Assembly: GCF_006345805.1 (NCBI RefSeq)
Contig: NC_043007.1
Coordinates: forward strand, 37,882,001-37,946,000
Direction: 5' to 3'
Length of the DNA stretch: 64,000 bases
Source: Octopus sinensis
Lineage: Eukaryota
The notes under the pieces were generated by a model. The model was not told where the DNA came from and searched no databases. It saw only the letters and a list, made by a program, of their open reading frames with translations. Below are positions 38,829 through 53,193 of the stretch, piece after piece. The translations under genes were made by a program, and so were the position numbers. The first letter of the stretch is position 1, and every line of letters begins with the position of its first letter.

Positions 38829-39564
38829 TCTCACACACACTCACTCTCACACACACACACACACACACAACTGCCAATATTTCACATACCTCTTTGCCAT
38901 TCTCTTGTGGTTCTAGTGCTAAACACACACACACACTTTTATACACATACACACAAATACATACACATATGCACAAGCATACAGACACTTATACACCACT
39001 CACACATACATGTATGCATGCACACACACACCACACACACACACCTCTGACCTCACAAGTCCAATATTTCTCACTGTTCAGGTTGTGTTTATATGAAAGT
39101 CTTTCCGATTTCCTTCTGCACTAGGATCCTTTCTTGTTTGTCTCAAGTCATAAAAAACCTTCCTTGTGAATGTCCTGTTTTTTCTTTGTTCATGTTTCTC
39201 ATACCAGTCGTGTCTCTGTTTTGTTTCAGCCATAAGATTTGACATTCTATTCTTTTGTTATTACCCTGGCACTTCCAGACAAGTGATACCAAGTTTTTAC
39301 AAGTACCAAAATCAAATAGAAGCAATGGGTCTCTAAAGATTGCTTTTATTTGCAGCTAGTCTTTGCCACTGCCAACAACGTGGTTGTACAATTTGTAAGG
39401 AAACAGCATTCTATCATCTTAGAAAAGAAAGGAGTCATTGGATAATGTAAGTTTTTGATATTATGGTTGAATAAAAGATGAGATAGTCATGGTTGGAGCC
39501 ACTTTGATCTTAGGTCCATTGAACCCACAAACAATCCTAACCATAATCTCCATCTTGGCAAGAC

Positions 39565-39850
39565 TTATGTCACTTAAGAAAAACATGTGTTAGTTACCTC
39601 TCTGCAAGTAATCTAATCCAAGCAGTTTATAGCTTTCAAAATTAAGACTGCTGAAGTCACTTAGGTAGAAGGACACTTGTTATTTAGTTACTTCCTTGAA
39701 AGTTGTCTGGTCCAAGCAGTTTATAGCCTTCAAAATTAAAACTGCTGAAGTTTTAGGTAAAAGGACATGTGTTACTTACTTCCCGGCAAGCCATCTAGTC
39801 CAAGCAATTAATAGCCTTCAAAATTAAGACAGCTGAAGCATGTTAGCTAT
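39565..39850. repeat. Three diverged units of about 90 bp in tandem
   Basis: tccaagca(g/a)tt..atagc.ttcaaaattaa.ac.gctgaag starts at 39617, 39711 and 39799. Confidence 0.7.
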
Positions 39851-40693
39851 CCCAGCAAATCTGGAAATTGAAAGATTTCATGATTATATTTTCTGGTCAG
39901 GAAACTTGTTTCTACTTCAACACCATTATTCCATCCTGTGCACAGGCATGGCTGTGCAAAGTTTGTTTTGCAGTCGCATAGTTCCAGGTCCAGTAGCACT
40001 GTGTGGCTAATTGGGCAAGGTCCTCTACTACAGCACTAGATCAGCTAATGCCATGTGAGTGAAATTGGTAGAAAGAAAACTGAGAAGCTTGAGATAGAGA
40101 GTATGTGTGTGTGTGTACGTGTGCATGCCCACATGTGAATGGTGTTCCATCTGTCCTGATTAATGCTGTTGGAGCAAAAACCAATGTGTTAGCTTACATT
40201 CTCTGGTCAGAGAAAGTCCCATAGTTTCGGCTTTGAACATGTGAAAACCAGTGGATCATTCCTGCTCTCCTAGATAGGTTGGGCAAATCACATCTCACTC
40301 ATAAGTTTCGTTTTTGGCTTGGTTTCTGTATCTGGATACCTTTCCTAATGCCAACCAGTTTACAGAATGTACTGGGTGCATTTTCTCATAGCACCAGAAC
40401 TAAAGAGATTGTTATATCATTGACAAGACAAGGGTCCTCAAAACCCTATACTTTCTTGAATGAAATGGGTACATTTATTGTGGTACCAGTACAAGGGGAG
40501 ATAGTGGAAGAGATAGTGAAAGATAGGAAATATTGGATGAATAGTGAAAGTAAATGACAGATGTCAATACCAAATACAGGCGTAGGAGTGGCTGTGTGGT
40601 AAGTAGCTTGCTTACCAACCACATGGTTCCAGGTTCGGGCCGACCAAAGCCTTATGAGTGGATTTGGTAGACGGAAACTGCAAAAAGCCTGTC

Positions 40694-40733
<40 letters not shown>

Positions 40734-42949
40734 TATATGTATGTATATATATATATGTGTGTGTGTGTATGTGTTTGTGTGTCTGTGTTTGTCCCCTCAA
40801 CATCGCTTGACAACTGATGGTGGTGTATTTACGTCCCCGTAACTTAGCAGTTCGGCAAAAGAGACCGATAGAATAAATAGTAGGCTTACAAAGAATAAAT
40901 CCTGGGGTCGATTTGCTTGACTAAAGGCCGTGCTCCAGCATGGCCGCAGTCAAATGACTGAAACAAGTAAAAGAGTAAATGACCAATGAGGAATATATAT
41001 ATATATAATGCAAGTCTCTTGAAGTCCTTTATTTGGAGAAGAGGTAAGAGTTGGCAACAGGAAGAGTACCCGGCTGTAGAAAATATTCAACAAATTTTGT
41101 TTAAGCCATACAAGCACAAAAAAAACTGACATAAAATTAAATGAATGAATAAATGAACAAACCACATGTGCATGAATAAATATTAGGGAAAGAAGAAGAG
41201 TGAAATACATACAGCCATAGTTAGTGTATGTAAAAGAAAAGTTAGAAAGACCAAGAACTGAGAAACAAACAACAATTATATCTTAAGTAATCTTCAATCA
41301 GATGTGTTTTTTTAATTAATACACACCAAACAATAAGTCATCATCATTATCACCAAATTGCCAACAGCAACAGTAATTAGGCTTTCAATGTGGTCTTTTA
41401 ATAAAAGACTACCCAACAACAATGATGATGACATCAACAAGGACAACAAATAGCTACAACAACAATATCTACAACATGAACAAGATTAAAACCATGCCTG
41501 CAACTATATACATTGTCTATTTTGTAAACAGATTTGAATCAACTGATCTAACTGGGGTTATTTCCCTTGCTTTTTGGGTTTTTTTTTTTTTAACACCACT
41601 AAAGGGTGTATCATTATATATGTGAGATACTACAACAATTGAACTGCCTGCTACTAAATGTGACAGAGTCACATGGGTTTTCATGTGACAGAGGCACTTT
41701 CAAAACTAGAGGGTCTTTAATTACCAACAAACTAACCATCCACAACAACAGCTGTAATATCAGCAATTACAACAATAAGAATACAAACAACAAAACCATA
41801 TCTACAATAAAATCAGCCACTACAACAACAACAACAACAACAACAATACTCCTACAACAATAACAAGCATAACAGCAAACAACAAAAGAGCAGCTACAAG
41901 ATCAGCTATTACAGCAACAGCAACAACAACAAAAGAGTGGCTACAACAACAGTAGCAAGAACAACAATGATTAGTTGTTTTGATAAGATTAACAAGGAAG
42001 CCAGGGTGAAAGTGCAGAAACGTGGTCTCTCCTGATGCTGGTTGACATGACAACAGTTTCTTCTGTCACTGATAACATTTAATTAGCCAGGTATACCATA
42101 AACCCCCCACAACACCACCGCAATCTTTGCCAACAAAACGATAACGGAAACCCCTGTGTGGTCAGTCAACACGTAGATATAGCATTCAAATCATCCTCAA
42201 ATCACACACCCTACCATCCTAGATACACTGTATCTGAATAAAAGAAAGGTCAAGGTTCAAATGCCTAAGACTATATGTCTGAAAGCTTGATCAAGATTGA
42301 CCTGGAGCTAAACAACAGCAGCCACCAGAGAGAGCTTTAATGTGGTTACTTGATCTGCAAGAAATAATAGCCAAATCTCATTCAAATGAAACCTTACTAC
42401 TTTATAAAAGGACAGAAGGCATTAGATAATGTAGCCCTATCAACATCTTAAAAAGTAAAAGTCATAGCAGGGATGTCTAATTATAGGTCAAATCAAATAG
42501 GGTTAACCTGAAGCTAAACAACAACCACAAAAGGCCATCACCAATACTATAATGACTGCTGCTACTACTACTGCTACTACTGTACTACCCATCACATCAT
42601 GTTAGAACGAGGGTTATGTGTCTTTAAGCCAATAGGTCTCCACCTTTTAATGTCAAGGCCAGATCCAAAACTATGATATTTTTAGTGGGGGGGGGGGCAC
42701 ACCAAACAAAGTAAAATACAAGTCAATTAAAGAACAATTTATTATATTTATAAAGGGAGGACCATTGAGAGCCATTGGAAGGATGCTTGAGAGCTACATG
42801 CATCCCTGGGAGCTGTGGTTGAGAACTGCCACTTTAAGCAATGGCTCAACATGTTGTACACAGTAGCCAGAGCTCCAACAAATCATAACATTGTATTAAA
42901 GAAGGACATATTGGTCAATATAAGTTCTGAATGTGTGTGTGTGTGTGTG

Positions 42950-42982
<33 letters not shown>

Positions 42983-43161
42983 CACACAAACATATGTAAT
43001 TAACATACAAACATGTCAAATTTACTTATTTCTCCATCAACTGAAACAATTATGAACAGCTTTTAATTGATTTTTGACCCTTATTGGAGTCTCATCTGAT
43101 GTCAACATCACTTGACTGAACCCAGGGAAACAAATACCCAATCCATTCATATACATACATC

Positions 43162-43194
<33 letters not shown>

Positions 43195-43213
43195 ACATAT
43201 GTGTATGTTTATA

Positions 43214-44465
43214 TACAGGGTGTGATGGGTAAATTGTCACCATTTTATATTTTTAATTTCATGCATGTGCATTGTTTATTTTTGATTTTGTCGACTACAC
43301 AGTATAGTAGGGTCAGTTGGGCACCATCTGTGAGAAAAACAGCACCATGATACAATTTACTCAGCCAGAAATTTGGAAACAACATGCTCTACTACTTGGC
43401 ATTCATTCTGGAAGCTCTAATACAAACATTTCAGTGCATTTGGGTGTCAATCTGAGGAGAGTGCAGGGGATTCAGAAAGAGTTGGATGAGTCTAATGGTG
43501 ATTACAAAGATACAGCTGTTTGGAAAACACTGTTCTGATAAGAAAAGAACCCCTGAATTTGTTGGTGAAATCCAAGCCATGATTGTCAACGATCCCTTCA
43601 AGCCAATCAGATCCATCGCCTGGGACATGGGAGTGTGAGTTTCTTATGTATAAAGACATTTGGTATTCCTCAAGCAAAGTGAGAAAGGGCCAGTTTTTGT
43701 CCCAAGCCATCAAGGACAAGAAAAGGGACAATGCTACAAAGTTTTTGAGCAAACCCAAGCATCTCCTCTTACTGAACATGCTTTGGTTTTTCTCAGATGA
43801 GAAAAATTTCTGCCAGGATCAGATGGTGAACACAGAACAACAGTTGGTTTGTACCAAGAGTGATAAAAATCAAACATCTAGTCAACATCATGGTGTTTGG
43901 AGTGATGGCGACATTATGCCTCCATTCATCTTCCCACACGACCTCAAAACCAACATGGAGGCCTGCATCGAGAGCCTGGAGGAGGAAGTGCAGCCCAGGG
44001 TCAGGAGGGCGGCTGCTGGAAGACCCTATGTCTGGCAAAAGACTTTGCACTAAGCGATGCACGCAGGAGAACCTAGTCATGGCTGTCAGACAATTTCTGC
44101 AACCTCATCACCCCTAACATCTAGTCACCTAACTCATCAGACTGCAACCCCTTTGATTATATGTGGGTCACAGTTGAGCGAGAGACTAACGAAATTCCTT
44201 GTAACACCAAAGATGAACTGAAGGCAAGGATTATAGCAGCATTCACCAACTTAAACAAGGAGACTGTCCAGACGAGCTGCAGGAGATTTCCAAAGTTGTC
44301 TGGAGGCCATGGTTGAAGCCAATTGCAATTTTATTGAATAAATTTACTCTTTAGTATTTCAAGATATTTTTATGTGATTTTGGTAAATAAATCTGTTAAA
44401 GTGAGATTTCAGAGTTATTTTCATTTTTGCATAATTTAGACAGCAGTTTATTCACTGCACCCTAC
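43214..44465 (+). mobile_element. Second copy of the maT-like DD37D element
   Basis: FSDEKNFCQDQ and MIKIKHLVNIMVFGV motifs; colinear with 30382-31676 in the opposite orientation. Confidence 0.85.
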
Positions 44466-46064
44466 ACACACAAACACACATATATATATCTCAGGAATGC
44501 CTTTGAGCACAGATCTGTCAAATCAGGGTTGACTTGAGGTTATACAAATACATCACCTCTGCCACCACCACTATTTAGACCTCCCATCACCAATACCGAA
44601 AAAAAATTAGTCCCTACACCACCTATCCTCGCCACCATCACCAACAACAATGAGACAATAAGGGAAGCTTTACACAGTCCCTCAGCTGGCTAGAAATAGC
44701 AGCTGAAGCTCTAAAATCATACTCTATCTACTCTTGGGAAACAAAAGGGCACATTGGATAACACAATCCTGCATATCCTTAAAAAGGCAGGATGGTCATA
44801 GATGGAATGGCTTTGAACTCCTGTCTATTCAATCATAGTTAACGAGGGACTAAACAACAGCAAGGAGAGTGCTCCACCACCTCCACTATAAAACAATCTC
44901 AACACCACTAAAACCATCACCACCACCACCACCACAGGGACAGGACCATTGGCATGATCATCTCTTTCCCACAACAGCTTGCCACCACCACAACAACAAG
45001 TACATTACAGCTGTTTGATACAGAAGGAAAACCTCTACATAGATACTTGCCCAGCTAGGAATAACAATTAAATTTCCCTTAAATCACACACTACAGACTT
45101 AAAAAGAAATGTTGCTTGATGTGTTTCTAAGTTCCTGCAGATAAATATAAGGTGGGTTGGTCACGGCTGGAATGCCTTTGATCATAGTTCAGGTCAATTG
45201 AAGCTGACCTGGGGTTAAACAAAAACAATAATGCTGTCACTGGAGCCAACAAGGGAGCCTCTGTGTGCTCAGTCGACCAGCTAGAAGTAGCAGCCAAATC
45301 TCCCTTAAATCAGCAGCCAAATCTTCCTTCAAATCACACCCTACAGTTCTGCCCAAATAAAGATATATTGACCAATGTAGTCAAATGGATAGTCATGGCT
45401 GAAATGGCTTTGATGACAGGTGTGATGGATAACCAGATAACTTAGGGCCCAACCACTACAACCATTAACAATACAAAACCACAACCAACAAAAGATCAGA
45501 GCAACCACCAACACTATTGCTACTATCAACAACACTTTTACCATCTCTTCACAAATTTATCAATTTCTTTCAATCTACCACCATTCACTCTCCCTATCCT
45601 CCACACATACACCCGCACCTGGCTACATACCCTTACTCTCTACCCTGGTAGAGAGCCCATCTCACTCACTTTTCTCTTCCTTCAAGTTGCTTCACTAACC
45701 TGTTCCACTTGTAAGCTACTGTCCTAACAGAAGTCACAACTTGTACTGACCCCAACCAGAAAACCCCTTCCCACCCATATGCAGTGGTAGTTTTGAGGTT
45801 GGCTCCTAGAGATGGGATAAAAGGGATAACTAGAGAAACAAGTCTTTCCTTGGTGGTTATGTTGTGTTGGTACACACACGCACACACACATGCAAATCTT
45901 CACTGTACACACATATACATATCTTGTAGGTATGTAATGTACACATATGTGCATATGTAGATAAATATGTATATATACATGTGGTGTGTGTATAAATATA
46001 TATGTATATATATCTCACATGGTCAATCAGACTATTGGATTTTTAACTTTTGAATGGCACCACC

Positions 46065-46376
46065 CTACTGTGTTTGTTTGTTCCTTCTCGAGCCACGCCT
46101 GGCTCATAAGGGCCGGCTTCCCGGTTTCCTTGGCATCTAGGTTCCCCACCACGATGGGACGCCGGTCCATCGCAGGTGAGCTGCTAGATGCAGGTGGAAA
46201 GAGTGAGAGAAAGTTGTGGCGAAAGAGTCAGCAGAAGTTCGTCATTACCTTCTGCCGGAGCAGCGTGGAGCTTAGGTGTTTCGCTCATAAACACACACAT
46301 CGCCCGGTCTGAGATTCGAACCTGCGATCCCTCGACCGCAAGTCCGCTGCTCTAACCACTAGGCCATGTGCCTCCA
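46065..46376 (-). mobile_element. tRNA-derived SINE family B
   Basis: Head gtggaggcacatggcctagtggttagagcagcggac...gttcgaatc. Related copies at 62499-62990 (+) and 35195-35362 (-). Confidence 0.8.
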
Positions 46377-48164
46377 CTACCCTGCTGTGTGTGTGTGTGT
46401 GAGTGTGTATAGTATCTTGGGAGGATAATTTTGCGAATAAGAAACACATGCACCATTTCTGCATCACTTTTTTGTTTTGTTGCCTTCAACCTCTTTTTAG
46501 AGAAAAGATAGGTTCACTGATGAGTTCGCAAATGATTAAAGAATCATGAAAAACCAGCTGACTGCTTAATCAAGCGGTTGATTAGTTAATTGATCAACTA
46601 GCTGCCTAATAATAATGGTCTCAAATTTTGGCACAAGGCTAGTAATTTTAGGAGGACCGGTTAGTCAATTACATAGACCCCAGTACTAAACTGGTATTTA
46701 TTTTATCAACCCCAAAAGGCAAAGTCAACATCAATGGAATTAGAACTTAGAATATAAAGAGCCAGAAGAAATGCCACTAAGCATTTTATCCAACATGCTA
46801 ATGATTCTGCCTCCATGTTGCCTTTAGTCAACTAATAATAATAATAATAATGATAATAAAAGCCCTGATGCAGTACCAGGCAGTGGTTCTCATGGCTTCT
46901 AATCTTAACTGATTGGAAGTGTTATCATGTACATTGTTTTATCTTGGTATAAAAGATGGGCTACAGCAAATATTCTGATCAATACCACAGACTTGCTTGT
47001 CAGTTGTTTGACCTTAATCGGTTGAGCATGTCCCTTAGTGGCTGATGATATGTGCATCTCTGAAAACGAGCAGAAGTAGTGGGGGAGCATCATAGCCATG
47101 TGTTGAGAGGGATTCTTTAGGATTTGAATAATTCACCTCTGGGAACATGGGTGATTTGTTCAACATCCTTAAATAACCCTTATTCAGGGACCTTTTGAGC
47201 GGGATGGGTTACTCGACCAGAAGAAAATTCTAACTGGGCCCCATCTGCAAGGTTATGTGCTGTTTATCTTGATATGAGATCACCATGTCACGCACATATT
47301 GTTGTGATGCATGTGCCTGGTGTACCCTTATCAGACGGGTAGTCATGATGGGTACACTGGGCTTGTATATTTTACCCCAGTGTCACTTTGATGGCATGCA
47401 CTGCTTTCTCACTCAATAATAATAATAATAATGAAGAAGTGACATAGAACCAAAGCATGTGTTTCATACAACATACAAAATCATCTGTTTTAACACATTA
47501 CTTCTCTTTTTCACACGCCCACACTACCGTACACACACACACATATATATATATATAGCTCAAGTGAGGACAACAGTAAATAAAGTTGGTTAAAAATAAC
47601 GTCCTCAGGGACCAAATCTTCCCAAGTTCCACCCATCCCATCATTACCAAAATAAAAAGAGAGAAAGGAAGAAGAAATGTCACATCTGAAGTGACATGGC
47701 ACCAGTAGTTTATTTCTGACATTTTATTGAACACAGAAGTCAACACACTTTCTCCTCTCTTTAGGGTGGAGCTCTTGTTTGACATCACAGAGAGGTGGGC
47801 GAAGCTATTAATCCCTACGCAAAAAACTTTGACCTTGTGCTCCCAAGCAAAACACATTAATCTAAATGAGATGTGAAACTGTCAAATCAAGATACAACGC
47901 CTAAGGCCTCGAGTTCAAATCCACTCCAGAAGGAATCTTACTATATTTCAATAATGCACATTGTCTTAAATACTAGAGTTATTGTTATTGTTGTTGTTGT
48001 TTAACACCAGGAAGGTCTGATCAATCAGACCTGTGATCAAAAGCATTTCAGCTGTTACCATTTAGTCTTTTTCCTACATATAGGGACCCCACGACCACCA
48101 GAATATCCAACATGACCTTTTCTAAGATGATAGTGTGTTGCAGTTCTAAATTTAAGAGATGAGA

Positions 48165-48545
48165 ATTAGATACATTATTTACAATTGATGGATATTTGTT
48201 CTCATCTCGTTTGTTAACGTTTTGGCTGATATACCCTCCAGCCTTCATTAGGTTTCTTGGGGAAATTTCAAACCTGGGTTCTCATTACAACAACGCCGCC
48301 GCCGCTGAACACGACGGCGATGGCAGCGGTGGCGGCGGCGACAACGACGACGACGACGACAACAACAAGAACAACGACACCAACAACACCACCAATAATA
48401 ACAATTTCAAAAGATACCTTAGGAATGAGAACCCAAATTCAAAATTTCCCCCAAGACACCTGATGAAGGCTGGAGTGTATATCAGCCGAAACATTGTGTT
48501 AACAACAAATAAGATGAGGACAAATATCCATCAATTGTAAATAAT
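48165..48545. repeat. About 125-bp inverted repeat of a hammerhead-bearing unit around a trinucleotide-rich spacer
   Basis: 48165-48286 is the reverse complement of about 48423-48545. Confidence 0.9.
48455..48500 (+). ncRNA. Minimal type I hammerhead ribozyme-like motif with one helix III defect
   Basis: gacac-CTGATGA-a-GGCTG-gagtgtatat-CAGCC-GAAA-CATT-gtgtt. Core, helix I and helix II are intact. Helix III reads ACAT where the inverted copy retains the palindrome ACGT. Confidence 0.6.
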
Positions 48546-48956
48546 ATGATAGTGATAATTTGAGTGATAATCATATTTGGTTGTTATTTCTAGTCAGGTT
48601 TTGCAGCCACATATAGGTTCCCTTGTTGGCTTAAAATGCCTGAGTTGTCAAGAATAAGAAGCAGATCACATAACAATGTTACCCAAGATGGGGGCAAATT
48701 CGTCTCTCATAGCTCTTTAATCCAATGACGACAAAAGATAATAGCTTTAAAAATAAAACCATTGGGTTTCTTTTATTTTATTGGTTTCAGCCTATATGGT
48801 GACCATACTGGGGCACCATCCTTTTAGAAAATAGATAGGTACAAGCGTGGTTGTATTCCAGGTTCAGTCCCACTGCATGGCACTTTGGGCAAGTCTTGGG
48901 GTGACCAAAGCCTCGTGAGCAGATTTAGTAGCTGGAAACTTAAAGAAGTCCATCAT

Positions 48957-48987
<31 letters not shown>

Positions 48988-49745
48988 TTCCATCAACCAA
49001 ATCCACTCACAAGGCTTTGGTAGGCCCTAAGATATAGTAGAATACACTTGTCTAAAGCACCATGTGGTGGGACTGAACCTGAAACATATAGTTGAGAAGC
49101 AAATGTCTTATAGAGCCATAGCTAATTTTTTATGTAGGTACTAAACACAAACACACATGATGGTTTATTTACAGGGTCTGTATATCAAATTCACTCACAT
49201 GGTGTTATCATAAAATCTTGGTGCAATTTAAAATTTTTATAACTTTAGTTCAGTAAGAAAATTAAGGAATTAATTAATCTACAAAGAAAACAGAAGCTTG
49301 ATACCCCTAGAAGCTTGATACCCCTATTTTATTCTTGTCAGTCAAAAATTTATTCATCGTTAATTAACATCCACTTTTCCATGCTGGCATGGATCAGACA
49401 AAAACCATTAAAGCAAATGGATGCCCTTTCTGTTTCCAGCCATCACCTGTTTCCATGCAGGGTAATATTTTCCTTGGCCAGACATGTCTGTCATGGAAAC
49501 GAACAATGCTTATATAACAGTGTTGCTTATTTACAACCATCACACAGTATCAAAACAAGAGCACAAAGAAACACATACATACCTGCATTAATTTTTCATT
49601 TTTTTTAATTAAATAATCACAACTTTATTTTATTGGGAAAATGTAAAGACTAATGTTTATTCAACTAATCATTAACCAATAGATTACTTACTGGTTAAAA
49701 TGACTAATACGATTCAGAATATAATTGTAAATCAGCTGAAAAATG

Positions 49746-50305
49746 TATTGGGTTGTCCGGAAAGTTTGTGCCGATTTATAGTAGCTTACCTTCAACTTAT
49801 TTTAGAACATGGTTGAGTCCATAAAATAGGATTTGACTACACCTCTATTTAGAGCACCGTTTAAGCTATCTTTTTGTGGAAGAAGGTTTATAACCTGTGT
49901 AATTCTGTAAAACTTTAAAATGGAAGACAAGAAAGTTCATTTTCGGCACTTGATGCTTTGGGAACCGAGACAAAAATTGCTGCAGCTCAGCTGGGATGTG
50001 TTACCCCACCCTCCATATTCACCAGATATTGCTCCTTCGGATTTCCACTTACTCACATCTCTGCAGAATAGTCTTAATGGTAAAAATTTCAATTTCTTGG
50101 GTGACGTAAAAAGATACCTTGATGAAAATTCTTTGCCATGAAACCACCTGAATTCTGGGAAGAGGGTATTTTCAGGTTAAAGGAAAGATGGAGACGCATT
50201 GCGCAACAAAATGGTTCATATTTGGTTGATTAAAAATGTAATGGCATGTATTTGACCTTTTTCTTTCCTTTAAAAATTGGCACGAACTTTCTGGACAGCC
50301 CAATA
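49746..50305 (+). mobile_element. Internally deleted mariner with intact TIRs and TA ends
   Basis: tattgggttgtccggaaagtttgtgccgattt / aattggcacgaactttctggacagcccaata. ORF joins MEDKKVHFRHLMLWE to WDVLPHPPYSPDIAPSDFHL. Confidence 0.9.
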
Positions 50306-53093
50306 TTTCTCAAAACTTCAGAATTGCATGACAGCTGTGTAATGTGTAATGAAGGTGGACATATTGAAAATAAACAGTCTCAAGAATGAATCTATTTTAA
50401 AATCTAACAAATTCTTTTGCTTATATTTTTCACAGATAAATTCTTCCATTTATAGAAACATATATACAAACTTAACATTACACAAGGACTTTAATTTGAC
50501 CCTACATTTAAATAGCAGCAGCAAGTGGTGGTGTAGCGGGGTGTAGGAGTTGTAACAGTGCAAATGCAAGAACATAAATTATACACAGATTCAAACATAC
50601 TAACTACACAAGTATGTGAGTATATGATTCACACATACTAACTGTATATATATGTATTTGTGTGGGTAGTATGTGTATATGTATTCTCCATATGTATTCG
50701 TACATGCATATATGTATGTATATGTGTATATGACTGTGTGTATGTGCATGTACATGTATCTCATTTACACTTAGTAAATTACACGACTTCATACTTGAAG
50801 TACCGTGGCGCTAAGGAGGTCATCCAAATCTAGAAACCATTTATGATGATGAGGAGGAGGATGATGTTAAAGTAGCAAACTGACTTAGATGGCAAACAAG
50901 CAGAGTCATTAGAATATTGGACAGAATGCTTTATGGTGTTTGATCCTACTCTATGAGCTCTGAGTTTAAATGCTTCCAAAGTCATCTTTGCCTTGCATTT
51001 TTTGGGGAGTTATTTATAAAAATAACCAATCGAAAATGAGGGACCATGAAACTGTAGGAAAGTCAAGCTGCATGCTTTGCAGCATTTATTCTGGTTCACT
51101 GTGTTATGAGTTCAAATCCTGTCAATATTTAAACCACCATCCAGTTTAAACACCACCACCTAGCACCTTGAGTGTCTTTAGCAGAGTCCATTCTGTTGTA
51201 AGCATTCAAGTCAGATCTTCTGCTAGGGATATACCCTCTTATTTACCTCCTACCAGTCTCAAAGGTCTTGTAAAAAGGCATGGGCACTGCTTTCCCTGCT
51301 GACACCCCCCAAAAAAGGGGTGGGGGGAATGGCAAATACAAGCACATTTTTACATCTGTAAGTAATCTATGTACATAGAACTCACTGCTCATGTTGACTC
51401 CGATAATGATACTCCAGGTTAGTCTTGATTAATTAAGCCAAAACCACCCCTTCTTGTATATCAAGAATCATACTGACCAATACGTCCTTGTTTTTAAGCC
51501 AGTAAAAAGAGCAATATGATTTGAAGTAAATTTAGTAGCTATTTCTAGCAGATCAAGCAACTGCACAGAGGCTCCATCAGGTTGCATGTATGACAACATC
51601 CAAAGCACATAGCCACCCATTTAAAAAAAATTTTTTTTTATTTTATTTGGCACTGTGTGACTCACTTCAATCTCTGGTCCACACACACTATTTTCTTCAT
51701 TGCCTTTTTTCTACTGCTGCTACAGTGGACCCCACACTCGCCTAATGCCACCACCATCATCCCCCAGGTCAAACTCATTCCTTTATTTCTCCACTTTCTA
51801 TCATCAATATTATGTCTCCCTCTAAAGCAGCAGAACCGTTAACATGCCAGGTGAAATGCTTAGCAGTATTTCATCTGTCTTTATGTTCTGTGATTTCAAA
51901 TTCTGCTGAGGTCAACTTTGCCTTCCATCTGTTCAGAGTCAATAAAATAAGTACCAGTAATGCAGTGAGCATGGCAGAAATGTTAGCACACCAGGCGAAA
52001 TGCTTAATGGTATTTCGTCTGTCTTTATGTTCTGAGTTCAAATTCTGCCGAGGTCGATTTTGCCTTTCATTCTTTCAAGGTCGATAAATTAAGTACCAGT
52101 TGCATGCTGGGGTGATCTAATCGACTGCAACCCCCTACACAAAATTTTAGGCCTTGTAGAAAAGAATAAAATAAGTACCAGTTGAGAACAGAGGTCAATT
52201 TAATCAATTTTGCCCCACCCCAGAACTGCAGGCTTTGTGCCAAAATTTGAAACCATTATTATCTCTCCATCTTTTTTGATCCCTACTTTAATCATAATGC
52301 TAGATCCTTTCTCTTTTGCACAACATCCATCATACGGAATTCTCTCACTATCCATGGTTTTCCTTCAGTCATCAGCTTACATAATACGAATAATATTCTT
52401 CAAAATAGAATACCATTCATATTTCAGGTGTAGCAAAGGTCAAACAATTAGGAAAAAGAAGTGACCTAAATCTAAGATTTTTACAACACTTCATATTAAC
52501 TGCATTGCTTCCACCCACCAATAAAACAAAATGTCATACTCTCCCCACCAACTGGACATAAGAGATCACTGATCCAATCAACGCTCCTTTAATCTATGAA
52601 CCACAAAGCCAGAGATAAGAGGTAAACAGACAAAAGAGAATTGTAAGATAACAGTGTTTCCTTGAAAACAATCCTTCTAAGACTTGACTAAAAAGCACAC
52701 TAAGATTATCAACAAAAATAAAAACAAAAACCAAACACTTGACATAAAGAAGAAACAAAAAACAAAAATAAAATGTTCCATCAAGGATTTGGGTTACGTC
52801 ACTATTTAAACAATACAAGACAATCTGATTACAAAATATATCGTGTCTATTTTATCTATCACCGAACTTCTTATTTTAACTGCAACAAGAACGGAAAATG
52901 TAAATTCTTCATTTCAAGATAGGCAGTATTTTGGCTTCTTTCAGTTTCCGTCTACCAAATCTGCTCACAAGGCTTTGGTTGGCCCGAGGCTATAGTAGAA
53001 GACACTTTCCTCAGGTGCTACACAGTGGGACTGAACCTGGAACCTTGTGGTTTGTAAGCAAGCTACTTACCACACAGCACTACTCCTATGCCT

Positions 53094-53193
53094 NNNNNNN
53101 NNNNNNNNNNNNNNNNNNNNNNNNNNNNNNNNNNNNNNNNNNNNNNNNNNNNNNNNNNNNNNNNNNNNNNNNNNNNNNNNNNNNNNNNNNNNN
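53094..53193. other. Assembly gap (100 N)
   Basis: Run of N. Confidence 1.
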
